A stretch of 63,187 nt of DNA, filler included, from Lenisia limosa (Eukaryota > Protista > Breviatea), in assembly GCA_001655205.1 (NCBI GenBank). It is 8 parts of 8 records of this genome, joined end to end, with 100 filler letters (N's around TTAATTAATTAA, not from the genome) between each part and the next. Parts side by side here need not be neighbours in the genome. Positions count along the whole stretch, not along the records: positions 24,766 to 32,669 come from LPNZ01007514.1; positions 32,770 to 39,516 come from LPNZ01005593.1; positions 39,617 to 41,460 come from LPNZ01001027.1; 5 more parts are not named here. One strand, 5' to 3'. Both the position numbers and the translations under genes were made by a program. A model generated the notes under the pieces. The model was given only the letters and a program-made list of their open reading frames with translations, searched no databases and was not told the DNA's origin. Positions 27,701-39,657 of this stretch are shown in pieces; the first letter of the stretch is position 1, and each line of letters starts with the position of its first letter.

Positions 27701-30700
27701 GTGGGGCTGGCTGCAGTAGCTGGGGAATGCAAAGGGGTCTGCCGGTGAACGGACAATATAGGAGCTGTAGAGTACCTGGGGGTGGGGGGTAAATTTGGAA
27801 AATTTATGAAACAAAAGAGCCCAAAGGGGGTGAGGGAAGCGGGATATCTTTTTATTGTTTTTAGATTGCTTTGTCACAATTGCATAAAGTAGATATGATA
27901 TTGAGTAACAGAATGGCAGTTCACCTCCAAAAGGGGGCAGAGCAGCTTAATGAGCTCGGCATCATCTTCAACTATTCGTGAGGGGAGGTGTGGAATCTGG
28001 AGGGAGTAAAACGAAGGAAATTGGGGGGGGGGGGNNNNNNNNNNNNNNNNNNNNNNNNNNNNNNNNNNNNNNNNNNNNNNNNNNNNNNNNNNNNNNNNNN
28101 NNNNNNNNNNNNNNNNNNNNNNNNNNNNNNNNNNNNNNNNNNNNNNNNNNNNNNNNNNNNNNNNNNNNNNNNNNNNNNNNNNNNNNNNNNNCCGCATCCC
28201 ATCACTCCAGCGTACGGGTGATATAAATGATGATGTCCCAGTCTTAGACCTTCACCACAATATCCCCTCGACACACACGCATGTATACTATGAAAAAGAG
28301 TATCCAACAGAAGCCAGGGGCGTTCACACCATCACATCTATATGTATGTGATGATTACACTCTAATATTGATTCAGAAATGGTGTAATTGTTTGTTCTCA
28401 GAAGTCATCATACTCGTTTCAGACAGGCCCCAAGTTCAATGAAAGTGGCCATGTAGCGTGGATGGATCATGTCGCAGAAATGAAGAATCGATTTTCGCGA
28501 CTACAGCGTAAGCTTCTTCGGAGAAAGAGCGAATCAGGTTTGCATTATTTCTCCCTTTTAATAATGGAAAAAAAACCATCACGAGTAGGAGAAAACGAAG
28601 TTTGAGCAACAGTCATCCTCCCCTCACTTTTGTATAGACACAATTGACCACTTCAGGGTCCTGTTCAATCCTAGATTGCGTGAATACTAATAATAATAAA
28701 AGAAAGTGGTTTCAGGAGAGTTTTTTGTAAAAACAAATAAAGCAAAACAAACAAAAAAAAAAAACGAAAACGAAGCTTGAAAATGAGGGACAGCTTTTCG
28801 AAAAAAGTTGAGACAACGCGTTCCTCACATTTCCCTCAGATGGCAGTCCATTTCTGGGGTGAAGCCAAGGAGTTTGTCCGAGACGACCAGTGCCAAAATG
28901 GGGTTGCAGAATACGGCAGGGTACACAAGGTTCTGGTGGGATTATCAACAACAAAAAGGGAAAAAATGAGGTAAGTAAACACAGCCCCCCTCCCCCCACC
29001 GGACGCCACCAATTTGAGGGGTCCTTCAACTGCTGTAGTGGCCAACGAACGGAATGCTTCAGTTTGTTTGCATGCACCCAATCGTTGAACATGAAGGAGA
29101 TCGAATCTAGAGGGATGAAAATGACCAAGTCAATGACATGGTATTGAAGGTGTTATCTTCAAGTTGAAATTGAACACTTGTCAAAGTATCGATAGCATCC
29201 CAGAGAAAGTTCAGTTACCTTTATGAAGTTGTGTGCAGAAGAAAGTGCTTTGATGCTTGACGGACACATCGCTGAAGAGGTTAAATGAACCCTGAACCTT
29301 TTGTGTTATATTGTGAAATGGGATATGTAACTGTATGCGTGTGTCTCTGTCACATTTCAAACAATATCGATACATTCTTAAGATTCGTGGTCTCAAGTAG
29401 ACAACTGTGTTACCCAGCGATACCCATCCGTGGCCCTGGCAAACTCAATGAACTTGGCCACAAGGGCGCGGGGTAAAATAGGGAGTCGCGACGAGAATTC
29501 CTTTCCGCCTGTGTAAAGGCACTGGAGAAGGTGAAATGACAGATACACTATGTAACAAATACATATAAGCACATATGCATATAAATTGTCAAATATTTGT
29601 TTGCTGCAAGACAGTACGAGTTGCTGATAGTGAATAACAACAAAGTGTAGTAATGGTTCAATTTGATTTGACCCCTCCACTTTAATGAAGAAAAGGTTCA
29701 CTCCAGCAAAGGTTGAGGGCACTTTGATATTCTGGCTCTAAAATGTGTTACAATCGGGGACGAAGCTTGAATACAAGTGCATTACTTCCACCTCAATGAT
29801 AAAAAAAAAAACAAAGAAAAAACTCCATTAAATCTTCAAATTATCATTCTTTATGAATATGAGATTCCCATGCTCATATATATACTATATGGTATACTAT
29901 ATCATCATTTGATTGATGACAATTTACAATGGGAAAACAGCACATACCCCACACCCCAAACCCAATTATAATTGTTGACTGGCATCTGTTTGAGGATATC
30001 AAGGAAATAGGTTGTGTGGATATTGGTCCATCCGTCAAGAGCTGTTCCGCCTTGCTGTAGGGGGGTGGGTAACATTAGAAAATTTATGAAAAAAAATCCC
30101 AAATCAATTCTGTTGGCTGACAACACACAAGGGTTGATAACAACAATCGCTTCTGCAGCACCATATCCCATCACTCCAGCGTACGGGGGTTCAATGGGAA
30201 TAAAAATGAAAGCAAACAGTTCACAACACAAACAAGGCAGAACAACAATATTTCTATTCTACATANNNNNNNNNNNNNNNNNNNNNNNNNNNNNNNNNNN
30301 NNNNNNNNNNNNNNNNNNNNNNNNNNNNNNNNNNNNNNNNNNNNNNNNNNNNNNNNNNNNNNNNNNNNNNNNNNNNNNNNNNNNNNNNNNNNNNNNNGAT
30401 GGTTGTAGTCCTTATTGCTGCAATGGTGACCAAGAGGCATGTATATTGGAGGAACAAATGGCCAAAACAAAGCCTTTAGCAGTACAGTTAAACAAAATCC
30501 ATGATGCTCAGTATCCACCCATAATTCACAGTCACAGTATCCATGATTCATATAACCGATGTATCCATGATTCACAGCATCCGGTATCCATGATTCGCAG
30601 TATCCAGTATTGACGAGAATCTCGACAGTTATCGTGGATGCATTCGACTGAAGTATGCATTCGATGCCCCTGTACGCGGCTTTCAGAACACTCAGTTGGC

Positions 30701-32292
30701 CAATAGAGGGCTTTGCAAGAGCACTTCGGTTCATGAACGTGAATGAGGGAACCTACGGGGGGTAAACAAAAGTAAACAAAAGTAAACAACAGTTGGTGGG
30801 GGAGGGGTAAAACAAGGAAATCTCCCATTATAAGAGGATTTTTATTAATTATTGAAAGCCCCCCCCCCCCACNNNNNNNNNNNNNNNNNNNNNNNNNNNN
30901 NNNNNNNNNNNNNNNNNNNNNNNNNNNNNNNNNNNNNNNNNNNNNNNNNNNNNNAAGAGCACTGTTGTATTTCGAGCAACTGAGGGGTTTTGTGAACACA
31001 CGGAAATGCGAAACTATAGCCGTTCCCAGGCATTTCAGTCCAAAAATGAATATCTCGATAAATCCTCGAATAAATCGGCCTTAGGGACTAACTGAAGCAG
31101 AAGTTGTTCCCATCAACACCCCTGTGCCAACTTGATCAGTCTCGCTAAAGCATCTTCTGCCAGCTCTCTGCCGTCCATATACTGGTCCGGCTGACCCACC
31201 ATAAGGGCGTTTTTGATGCGGCAATACGGGTTCTATTGCGTGAAAAGAACACGATTGTTTGTGGAAACTTATGTAATTATTATACTATGATAGAGGAATG
31301 ATTAAAGTATAATTGCGGTGTGTCTTATTTCTCATTTCTCCACATTATACAATGCTATACACACGATTCTCCTCAAAGTATTTATAATCCATAATACTTA
31401 CCTTATAGAGTAAATGGAGGTGATTTTCAAAGAGTTTTTTTCGCCATTCTACCAGACGAAGAACGGCCAAGCTGATGTTGATGTTGGAGAAATAGTCACA
31501 GTCTTGATGGAGGTATCTGAAAGATTAATGCCAAACAGACTGATTGGAAAACAAAAAATTGATATTCTCATCACTGGGGTATTCAATGCGATGAATTAAG
31601 GTATTTACAATATATAGATTATATCGTATCATTGCTTCAAAATATTATCATAGTCAACAAAGTGAAGATGATTATCGAGGGTCTATTGAGACCCCTAGAC
31701 AGATATAAGGGCAAACCCGCCAATGAAGTCAGTTGTATTTTGGCAGCTTACTTGAGTAAAGTTGGACGGAGTTCTGAAGGTACAATGGGGGCTAGGCATT
31801 TCAGACCCTCATCATCACAAAACAGGGCCTTTTGGGTTAGTAACAGTATTGTTTATGGGGTCTTTTCTATGTTCTGATGAACATTTGAAGCGTTTAAGTA
31901 ATATTTGGGACATTATGAAAAGTTGCAGAAAATAAAGATGCTACCCACAGCATGGATGAGGGGGAGAAGGCCAGTTGTCGACACTTGCATGCCTCCAAGA
32001 TTTTGCCACAGAACAATACCCTAGGAATATTAAAAGAACAAATGAGTCTCTCATTCCTCTGCGTTTACTTCTTGAAACGGCCTGGAACAACAAACACAAC
32101 GAATATAACCCCACCGCCCACGTTGTTTTTTGGAGACTCCGACATCACTTCAATTGAGGGGTGGATGGCCTGAAGGTAGGTTGCGATCACAATGCACATG
32201 TCCTTGTAGCGGCAGCTGAGACTGCACCCCTGAAACAGTGGGTCCTTATTGCAAGCAAAATGTGAGACCCTCCATGACAATTTCAACCCTGA
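24790..32292 (-). CDS. Large multi-exon hypothetical protein (no family recognised)
   Basis: Phase-consistent runs: YLHQDCDYFSNINISLAVLRLVEWRKKLFENHLHLLYK|NPYCRIKNALMVGQPDQYMDGRELAEDALARLIKLAQG; QGGTALDGWTNIHTTYFLDILKQMPVNNYNW|NIKVPSTFAG|CLYTGGKEFSSRLPILPRALVAKFIEFARA; IPHLPSRIVEDDAELIKLLCPLLE|VLYSSYIVRSPADPFAFPSYCSQPHFTPEIRRAFFD|YFFSLEDP. Could be more than one gene. Confidence 0.6.
25745..25882 (-). mobile_element. Element B, sense copy ending at the 3' splice site (gap inside)
   Basis: TTATCAACCCTCGTGTCAGCCAACA-N-ATTTTACC(C)nAG|exon at 25744. Confidence 0.7.
30055..30190 (-). mobile_element. Element B, near full-length sense copy ending at the 3' splice site
   Basis: CGTACGCTGGAGTGATGGGATATGGTGCTGCAGAAGC...GCCAACAGAATTGATTTGGG...TCATAAATTTTCTAATGTTACCCACCCCCCTACAG|exon at 30054. 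Confidence 0.8.
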
Positions 32293-32944
32293 CATATAAA
32301 TATGTAATATATCGGGTGGTCATCCAATATAAAAATATTGATATATTTTATACACTATATACATAGTTTTTTTGACCTGGACCCCATGGCCCCATGAAGA
32401 TATACAATGTATATGGTATATATACTATACTATATAGTCAAAATTTGGGGTCAACAAATTGCTCTTACAAATCTTTGTTTTTTCATGCAATTTTGTAAAT
32501 AATATATATTCAAACTTGGTTCTTAGTATTTATTTTTGGAAATCAGTAATCGGTGAACTCTCATTTACATCAGAAAATTAAAATCTTAAATATATCATAT
32601 ATTACCCGCTGCCATGCCCCATGGTAAAACTTAAAAATATTATATATCCCCGTTCACAAAAACTGGTGCNNNNNNNNNNNNNNNNNNNNNNNNNNNNNNN
32701 NNNNNNNNNNNNNTTAATTAATTAANNNNNNNNNNNNNNNNNNNNNNNNNNNNNNNNNNNNNNNNNNNNAAAAAAAAAAAAAAAAATCATAAAATGAGAA
32801 AACAAAAACAAAATATCTAATGAACAGCAAAAGTGCGCTACCACTCATCGACATGGGGTTCGCTGATGTAGTATTTGCGAATCCCATAAATTTCACCGGA
32901 TTTCCAAAAAAATTCCCATACGCTAAGCAAAAGCCCCAGCAAAC

Positions 32945-33706
32945 ATGTATGATCTGCCCCTCCTTCTCATTCAAGTTGTGACTCGAGTTTTCGAGGAAAA
33001 CGTCGTTCAACATCAACAGGTGCCGTCCACTGGAGAACAGGTCCTTGCTGAAGCCGCCAATGAGCCTGAAAAATACGCACGGCGTCTGGACCCTTGTGAT
33101 GTAGAGGCAGGAGCAGAGGAAGAAGGAGTAGAACGATGAATGACTCTGTGGAGGGAAGTTAACGGGGAAATTGTACGAGCGCCTCAAAATCATCTGTTGG
33201 TTAAATTTGCGAAAAATTACGAGGGTTGAAAACTAGAAACAAACAAAGCCCAGGCCAGTCGNNNNNNNNNNNNNNNNNNNNNNNNNNNNNNNNNNNNNNN
33301 NNNNNNNNNNNNNNNNNNNNNTTTCACCATATTTAAACACCTCTCACCAGATTGATATTCGAAGATGGATGCTCAAATCTCAGACCAATAGTCGACCAAA
33401 AGTTGAGGAAAATTGTTGAAAACCTGCAACATTATACTATTTTATCCATATTATGTTAGATCTATATCATATTATAGCAAAATGATAAATTAATATAATA
33501 TATGCCATTTATTACGTCTCTACAACAACATATGATTAGGGCTTCACTTCAGTTCAAACAACGACTGAATATCTCGATACCTGGGTTGTTTCGAACCGAA
33601 GGGAATCCCTACATATCATACATTATTCACCCACCAAGAAGACGTCATGAGGTAGTCGCAGAGTTGCATCCATTGGTTAACCGTCCAACTGCCTTTTGAC
33701 GGGTCA
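32945..33706 (-). CDS. Exons of a hypothetical protein; may be the upstream part of the 24.8-32.3 kb gene, but a spacer lies between them
   Basis: DPSKGSWTVNQWMQLCDYLMT|FSTIFLNFWSTIGLRFEHPSSNINL|MILRRSYNFPVNFPPQSHSSFYSFFLCSCLY...EGQIIH, all GT-AG and phase-consistent. Further unresolved exons are likely up to ~34.5 kb. Confidence 0.5.
33537..33611. mobile_element. Family A MITE copy (internally deleted)
   Basis: TA|GGGCTTCACTTCAGTTC...GAACCGAAGGGAATCCC|TA. Confidence 0.7.
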
Positions 33707-34698
33707 CTGTCAAAGAAGAGAACTTTGTTCTAAATCGTGAGAAGTGTAATACTGTTGATTGACTATTTCTAAATCGAGAAAAGTGTGAGAAAATAATCAT
33801 TTACGCAGAAATTTGTGAAAGCTTGTAGGATAATGATTGGGGTTATTTATGATACTATAGCCAATATCTCTTTTAAGCGTGATGATGTATGGCTTCAATA
33901 AACTTGATTGTTTCAAGGGTTTAAGTGAATATCAAGGCTTAGTTTATTCAGTGAGGATGGAAGGGTTTAATCTGTTTTAGTAATATCGCGTTTTTAGAGC
34001 TTTCTCCAAACCATTCGTAACTCCTTTTTCCATTTACACCTTATTCTCAAATTGATGACACTGGTGACACCACCTAGTTATATTTCTTATCTCTACACAA
34101 GAATTCCCAAGCTTACCAGTATTAGTGTTTTGAAATTATGATAATATCTTCCACACCGCACATACCATTTGAAAATTTGGAAGAGGAAAGAGGGGATCTG
34201 GTGATGGCCAGCAGTGAAACCGATTTATCCCTGTTAACCAGGAGATATAAAGAGGATAAGTAATTAGATAACGTTTCCTTCTAAATTGAACCGAGAAGAG
34301 GCTTGTTGATTCACAAACCTAAAAAGGATAGATCTCCAGATCGTTGCTCCTTTACGCACTTTTTTCCAGCTGTTACCTCTCTTTTATTGACTAAACAGCT
34401 TGAAGAACATTAACAAAACAATAAAACAGAAAAACTTTGCTTTTTTCTTCTTGGAGAAAAACAAGTGTTGCCATTCTTGGGATCCTTCTTTTGTTCAAAG
34501 TCTGTTGTCAAGTACAACGCTTTGCTTACAGGTTAAGGTAAGCTCTTACCACACAGGAAGATGGTATAAGTTTTGAGTAAACTTTTTTCACCTTACCCCT
34601 AATGTCTTCTTCTTCCACAACTCACCTCCCAGATATCCTATTTTTCTATCTCTCACCATCCCAAATGTCTTCTTTTTTATTCAAAACTCACCGCCAGG

Positions 34699-37600
34699 AT
34701 GTCAGAAGCCCCGCGGGGTGGGCGAGGCCGACGAAGGGCCGGAAAAGCCAAGGCCTATACCAAGGACAAGGAGAGGGCNNNNNNNNNNNNNNNNNNNNNN
34801 NNNNNNNNNNNNNNNNNNNNNNNNNNNNNNNNNNNNNNNNNNNNNNNNNNNNNNNNNNNNNNNNNNNNNNNNNNNCCCATTATAATGGCAAAATACGCAC
34901 ACAACTTGAGGCGTGAAATTTACGTCACTCACTTGAAAAAAAGTACTATCCATAAAATCGTCCTAAACATATCCGAACAACGTGAAAAAGGGAAAACACG
35001 AAGACCCTTCCCCATATCCCCGCTTAAACCTATCCAAGATATAGGCCATTTGAATCATTTCTTGTGTTTCAAAAGCCGCACAACATGATGCTAGTCTTTT
35101 TTAATATGTTTTGATGTAAAATTACATTCGCTTTTCGTACGTTGGAGTGATGGGATGCGGTGCTGCAGAAGCGACNNNNNNNNNNNNNNNNNNNNNNNNN
35201 NNNNNNNNNNNNNNNNNNNNNNNNNNNNNNNNNNNNNNNNNNNNNTTTTTAATTTTACCCCCTCCCCCCCAGAACCAGTAGCAGCGGAAGAGGCAAAAAG
35301 AAGCCCCGCGGCCGGGGGAGGGGCCGTGGAGGTCGTGGAGGTGGAGCCAACCGCGCCGAACTTGAGGAGGAAAAGAGGATTCGTCTCAGTTTACAAGCGG
35401 AATACGAGGTTGGTTGTAGATATATTTATCAAAGATTTTTCGAGATTTCAATTTGTTTTTTGGAGTTCTAGTTATTTGCCTCGGCGGTGTATAATTATAT
35501 GTATAGATATGCATATTTCACACATTTTTTTTTTATCTCCTAAACCCATCCCTTATCAAGCCCTATTTCAAAACGGGGTTTCCGGACTACTTAGCCAACA
35601 GAGCCGATTCAGAGCCGATTCTGCGGTTTTTTGTTTCACTAGTTTCCCAATTTATTATTTACCCCTCCCCCAGAGTAAAGTGCCGCTAATGGAGGAAGCA
35701 CCAAAAGCGGAGCCTTCCAAACCCCAGCAAAAAGTTGGTCAATACCCCGATGGTTAATCAAATACCCCCATTGTTACCTGGGTTCCACTTCAGTTCGAAA
35801 AGACCGGTAAAATATCGACAGTTTTCGGTGATTTATCGAGAAATTTAGTCGTTTTTCGAACCGAAATGAAGCCCGGTATGTCATACCCCCCCACCCCGCA
35901 TACCCATAAAGCACTCCTCTGTAGAGATTCTCTGTGTAGAAATTGTCCGAATTTTTCGAATATACATGTACATAAATGTCTCGCAATATATTCTGTCCTG
36001 ATTTTTAAAGTTATTCATCATAAATCTGTCATTATTGATTATTTTTCAGCCCGCGCCGCGACCCTCAAAACCAAAGAAGCCGCGCAACCCCACGTCTGAC
36101 ATTAAAATCCGCGGCCAGATTCGGCAGCCAGTTGACGGCAGGACACTGTTTATTCCAGGCCAAGCCGGGACGCTGATGCAACAGAAAGTTATCCCGGGCA
36201 TCACACTAGAGGAGCTGCAGCGCCCCAGAATTCCACATCCAAGTGGGGGAGGGGTGTAATTATTCTTTCATTTTATTGTTTATCACTCCAATATAATATC
36301 CCTTTAACACTAATTTACGCAAAATGGTGGCCAAATACGCACACATTTTGATTTGCATGAAATTTGGTTTACGTGCATGTTGTTACGAGTTTTTATTCTG
36401 ATCAAAAAAAAAACATGTCATAAAGGTCAGAGTTTCACTGCGGAGATGACACTAGTGGGAATTGTGGGGGAGAACAGAACATAAGTTCATATTCTGCCTC
36501 AGATACCCAGCAAGGAGGTCTCTCATTAAACATTAAAGCAGCACTATCGTTTATAAACTTCGAACTTTGAAATTTAATGCATGGGGGTATATTCACCCAA
36601 GAAACAACAAAGTCTCCGATTTTGCATGGGGAGTCCCGAAATTGAACTTCACACAAGCCCTCCTAGGGGTTATACAACATAAAACTACTACAAAAAAACA
36701 GCAAGACACTTCATTACCTCAAGGGCTTCACGTTGACTCCGTACTGCTTTTGATTTTTTTCCTTCCTTCCTCCTCCCTCTTCTCGCCCTCACCATGATAG
36801 TAGAAAGAAATCTTCTTCTTTTCCCCCTTCAGCTCGTTGTCGTCGTCTTCCTCTTTCTTCTCTTCCATCATCCATATTCATTCTCCTTCTCTTCGTATTC
36901 GTCCTGATACTCTCTCTTCTCCTCTATTATGTTAAAAGCAGATTGCTGTGGAGCGTGTGTCTCATGCACACACTCTGCAATCGTAAGCACCACCCCCAAA
37001 CCTTCTCGGGCATGGCCTTAGCTACACAAAATGAGATGCCGTTCTCGTGGCGAAGTAGTACGTTACCGCGTAGAAATGCATAAATGTGGCATCATTCCGT
37101 ATTAGATCCGGCGACATCTTTGATATATTAAAGGACGAAAGCTAAAAGCGGTAGGGTTAATAATCACATAGTGTTACTTGGAGTGATCCTGAATATTCAA
37201 AAGGAATTTCTTGAGATCGAGTCTATAAATTACCCAGAAGAAAAGAACTTCCCCCATCATCCACTGGAGACAACATGCCCCCTTCTCTCAAATTCGTTTC
37301 CTTAATTATGAGGAGAAAAGATTATAATTTACAAAAATCAAAAGCTTACTGATATTGAAACTTTGCTGATCCTGTATAGACGAAATTCACCCCTCAAGTG
37401 ATCAACTTTGGTTTTGCGTAAAATAAAAGCATAACCCCATTTCTTATAACCCTCTGACACCATTCTCCTACTAGTCCTCCCCTTGTAACTTCTTACCCGA
37501 TAGTGTTTATTACATCAATTTTCCATTTTGTCCCCCCCCCCCCNNNNNNNNNNNNNNNNNNNNNNNNNNNNNNNNNNNNNNNNNNNNNNNNNNNNNNNNT

Positions 37601-39400
37601 CAGCCAACCTAATTTTTTTTTTGGGGCTTTTTGTTATTAATTTTCCGGTTTTTCCCACCGCCCAGCAATATTGAGCTCATAACAGGATACAATTTCTTCT
37701 TCCTCCCTTACCATCCCCCACTTAGACGAACCCAAAAACTTACCTACTGCACCAGCAAGAAGACCGTCTGCACAGCGGTGGGGAGGGGAAGAAGATTATC
37801 TTTATTAATGGGGGGTGATCAGACCAGAATCTGACTTAAGGACCCCGGAATTCCATTTCAAAACTCCGACTTAAGGATTTTGAAAGGTGTCTTTGGTCAC
37901 TTCGAAAAAATAAATTACACAGGAGTATTTGTGATACTCAAATTATCTATACCATGAACCAGACCTGAGGTCAAATGTATGTAGTGTATCCGGAATAAAT
38001 CTTGGTCGATTTACTACAAGATTATCTTTTATACAGATGATGGATGGAGGGGAGGGGGGTATCTTTAATATATGTATAGATGATGGATGGAGGTGTGTGT
38101 GTGTGTGTTTTTTTGGTTGGAAGAGTTTTTGATCTGGTTAATTATTGGAGTTGGAGGACTCTCTTTTAATCGATGAAGAATATATGTCATAGTGATGGGG
38201 AGGCAAGCAGAAAGCTGTACTGACTGTGTAATATCATGATTCAGAGTTTTTGAGGATGAATACCCCAGCCTCCAGCCCCAGGCTAATCCACACACCCCTT
38301 ATGAGGTAAGCTGTGATTTTACTTCTTTCCTTAAAAGGAATCGGGGGGTTTTGTCCATTACCTAAAAAGGAAGCTAAAGGGGGCAATATTCATTTTTCGG
38401 GGTGCGGGAGGCGAGTAAATTGAATTCTATATCAGTAGAAGGATTCTATTGGATTCAAGGAGCGTATCTATACAGGGGAGCAGCGGTTTATTTATCCTCT
38501 CCTAAATTGAATTCCAGGGGCAGGNNNNNNNNNNNNNNNNNNNNNNNNNNNNNNNNNNNNNNNNNNNNNNNNNNATTATATTCCAACAATATTCATTAAG
38601 TTTGATTCTAGAGGTTCATTCATCCAGGAACCTGCAGAGACTGTCACTGAAGACTGGGAGGAGGAGGCTGCCAGAATCCGGAAAGCTGAGAAGAGGGAGC
38701 AGCAGGCAAGGCAGCTTGAGAGGGTGGGTGGGAGCTTCTTTTTCAATATGCTGGGGAGCCACGTAGTAAGTTGTGTACAGAGTTGTAAGGCGAATGATTG
38801 GGTGAATTAATATTATACAGTAATCCAATTATGAGCTTTGTTTTTGTTTCATTTGAAAAACTATCCTTTTTTTTTACTCCCCCAGAAAAGACTCCAAGCA
38901 ATTGAGGATGAAAAGGTTAGAAGGGTTATGTGGTATTTTTCGGGGGTGTCCCCTTATGTTGTAGTGAAGGAGGGAAATAAGACTTAGTTTTATTATAATA
39001 CTATCATTGATATACAGTGACGGGAGAAGCCTTGACCGATTTGCTCTGTGGTTTCCCAAAAAATAGGTCAAGACTTATCCTAGTCCAGTGTATATTATTA
39101 TATACTTCATTTCATCAGCCACTCTGATTTTTTCACTGTTTTTGTATTTTGTGATATGAATTGTCTTGCCATTATATCAGCTACGTGTACAGTCAATGTC
39201 AAAAATACATTTAACACCCTGTAAAAAATGCCACCATTAAGTATTACTACATTTTCTATCATACCTGTTATCTGTGTATTCTTCATAATCGTCTTTTCTT
39301 ACCTTCTCTAATATGCGATGACAGGCCCAAACAGCAGCGAAGCTCTATGAAGCAATGAAGAAAGAGGAAGACATGCTTCAAGCTCGGAAGACCAACAAAA
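34699..39400 (+). CDS. Basic RGG/RG-motif protein with C-terminal coiled coil (putative RNA-binding), cut off by a contig join
   Basis: MSEAPRGGRGRRRAGK...; GRGKKKPRGRGRGRGGRGGGANRAELEEEKRIRL (35273-35409); PAPRPSKPKKPRNP...LEELQRPRIPHP; EDWEEEAARIRKAEKREQQARQLER|KRLQAIEDEK|AQTAAKLYEAMKKEEDMLQARKTNK. Confidence 0.65.
35138..35272 (+). mobile_element. Element B, sense copy ending at the 3' splice site (gap inside)
   Basis: CGTACGTTGGAGTGATGGGATGCGGTGCTGCAGAAGCGAC-N-TAATTTTACCCCCTCCCCCCCAG|exon at 35273. Confidence 0.75.
35780..35874. mobile_element. Family A MITE copy
   Basis: GGGTTCCACTTCAGTTCGAAAA...TTTTCGAACCGAAATGAAGCCC. Confidence 0.75.
36688..37117 (-). pseudogene. Degenerate antisense ORF (stop plus frameshift) nested in an intron of the RGG gene
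   Basis: The minus strand reads MSPDLIRNDATF...HFV*LRPCPRRFGVVLTIAECVHETHAPQQSAFNIIEEKREYQDEYEEKENEYG*, then shifts frame to MMEEKKEEDDDNELKGEKKKISFYYHGEGEKREEEGKKSK...FL*. Confidence 0.35.
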
Positions 39401-39516
39401 GTGGGTGAGGAGCCTCTAAGCTAGGAAGACGACCAAAAGTGGGTGAGGAAATCTCTAAGCTAGGAAGACGACCAAAAGTGGGTGAGGTAATCTCAAAGCT
39501 AGGAAGACGACCAAAA
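39380..39516 (+). repeat. 38-39 bp tandem array copying an exon end plus its 5' splice site
   Basis: GTGGGTGAGG recurs at 39401, 39439 and 39478. The unit tail AAGCTAGGAAGACGACCAAAA mirrors the exon end AAGCTCGGAAGACCAACAAAA. The array runs into the gap. Confidence 0.9.
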
Positions 39517-39657
39517 NNNNNNNNNNNNNNNNNNNNNNNNNNNNNNNNNNNNNNNNNNNNTTAATTAATTAANNNNNNNNNNNNNNNNNNNNNNNNNNNN
39601 NNNNNNNNNNNNNNNNATTCTGTCTTTATTTGGGGGGACTCATTATAACCATCTTAG

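Noticed and set aside
39380-39516. CRISPR-like array
   Set aside because: No unique spacers and no cas genes; eukaryotic intron context; the unit derives from the adjacent exon.
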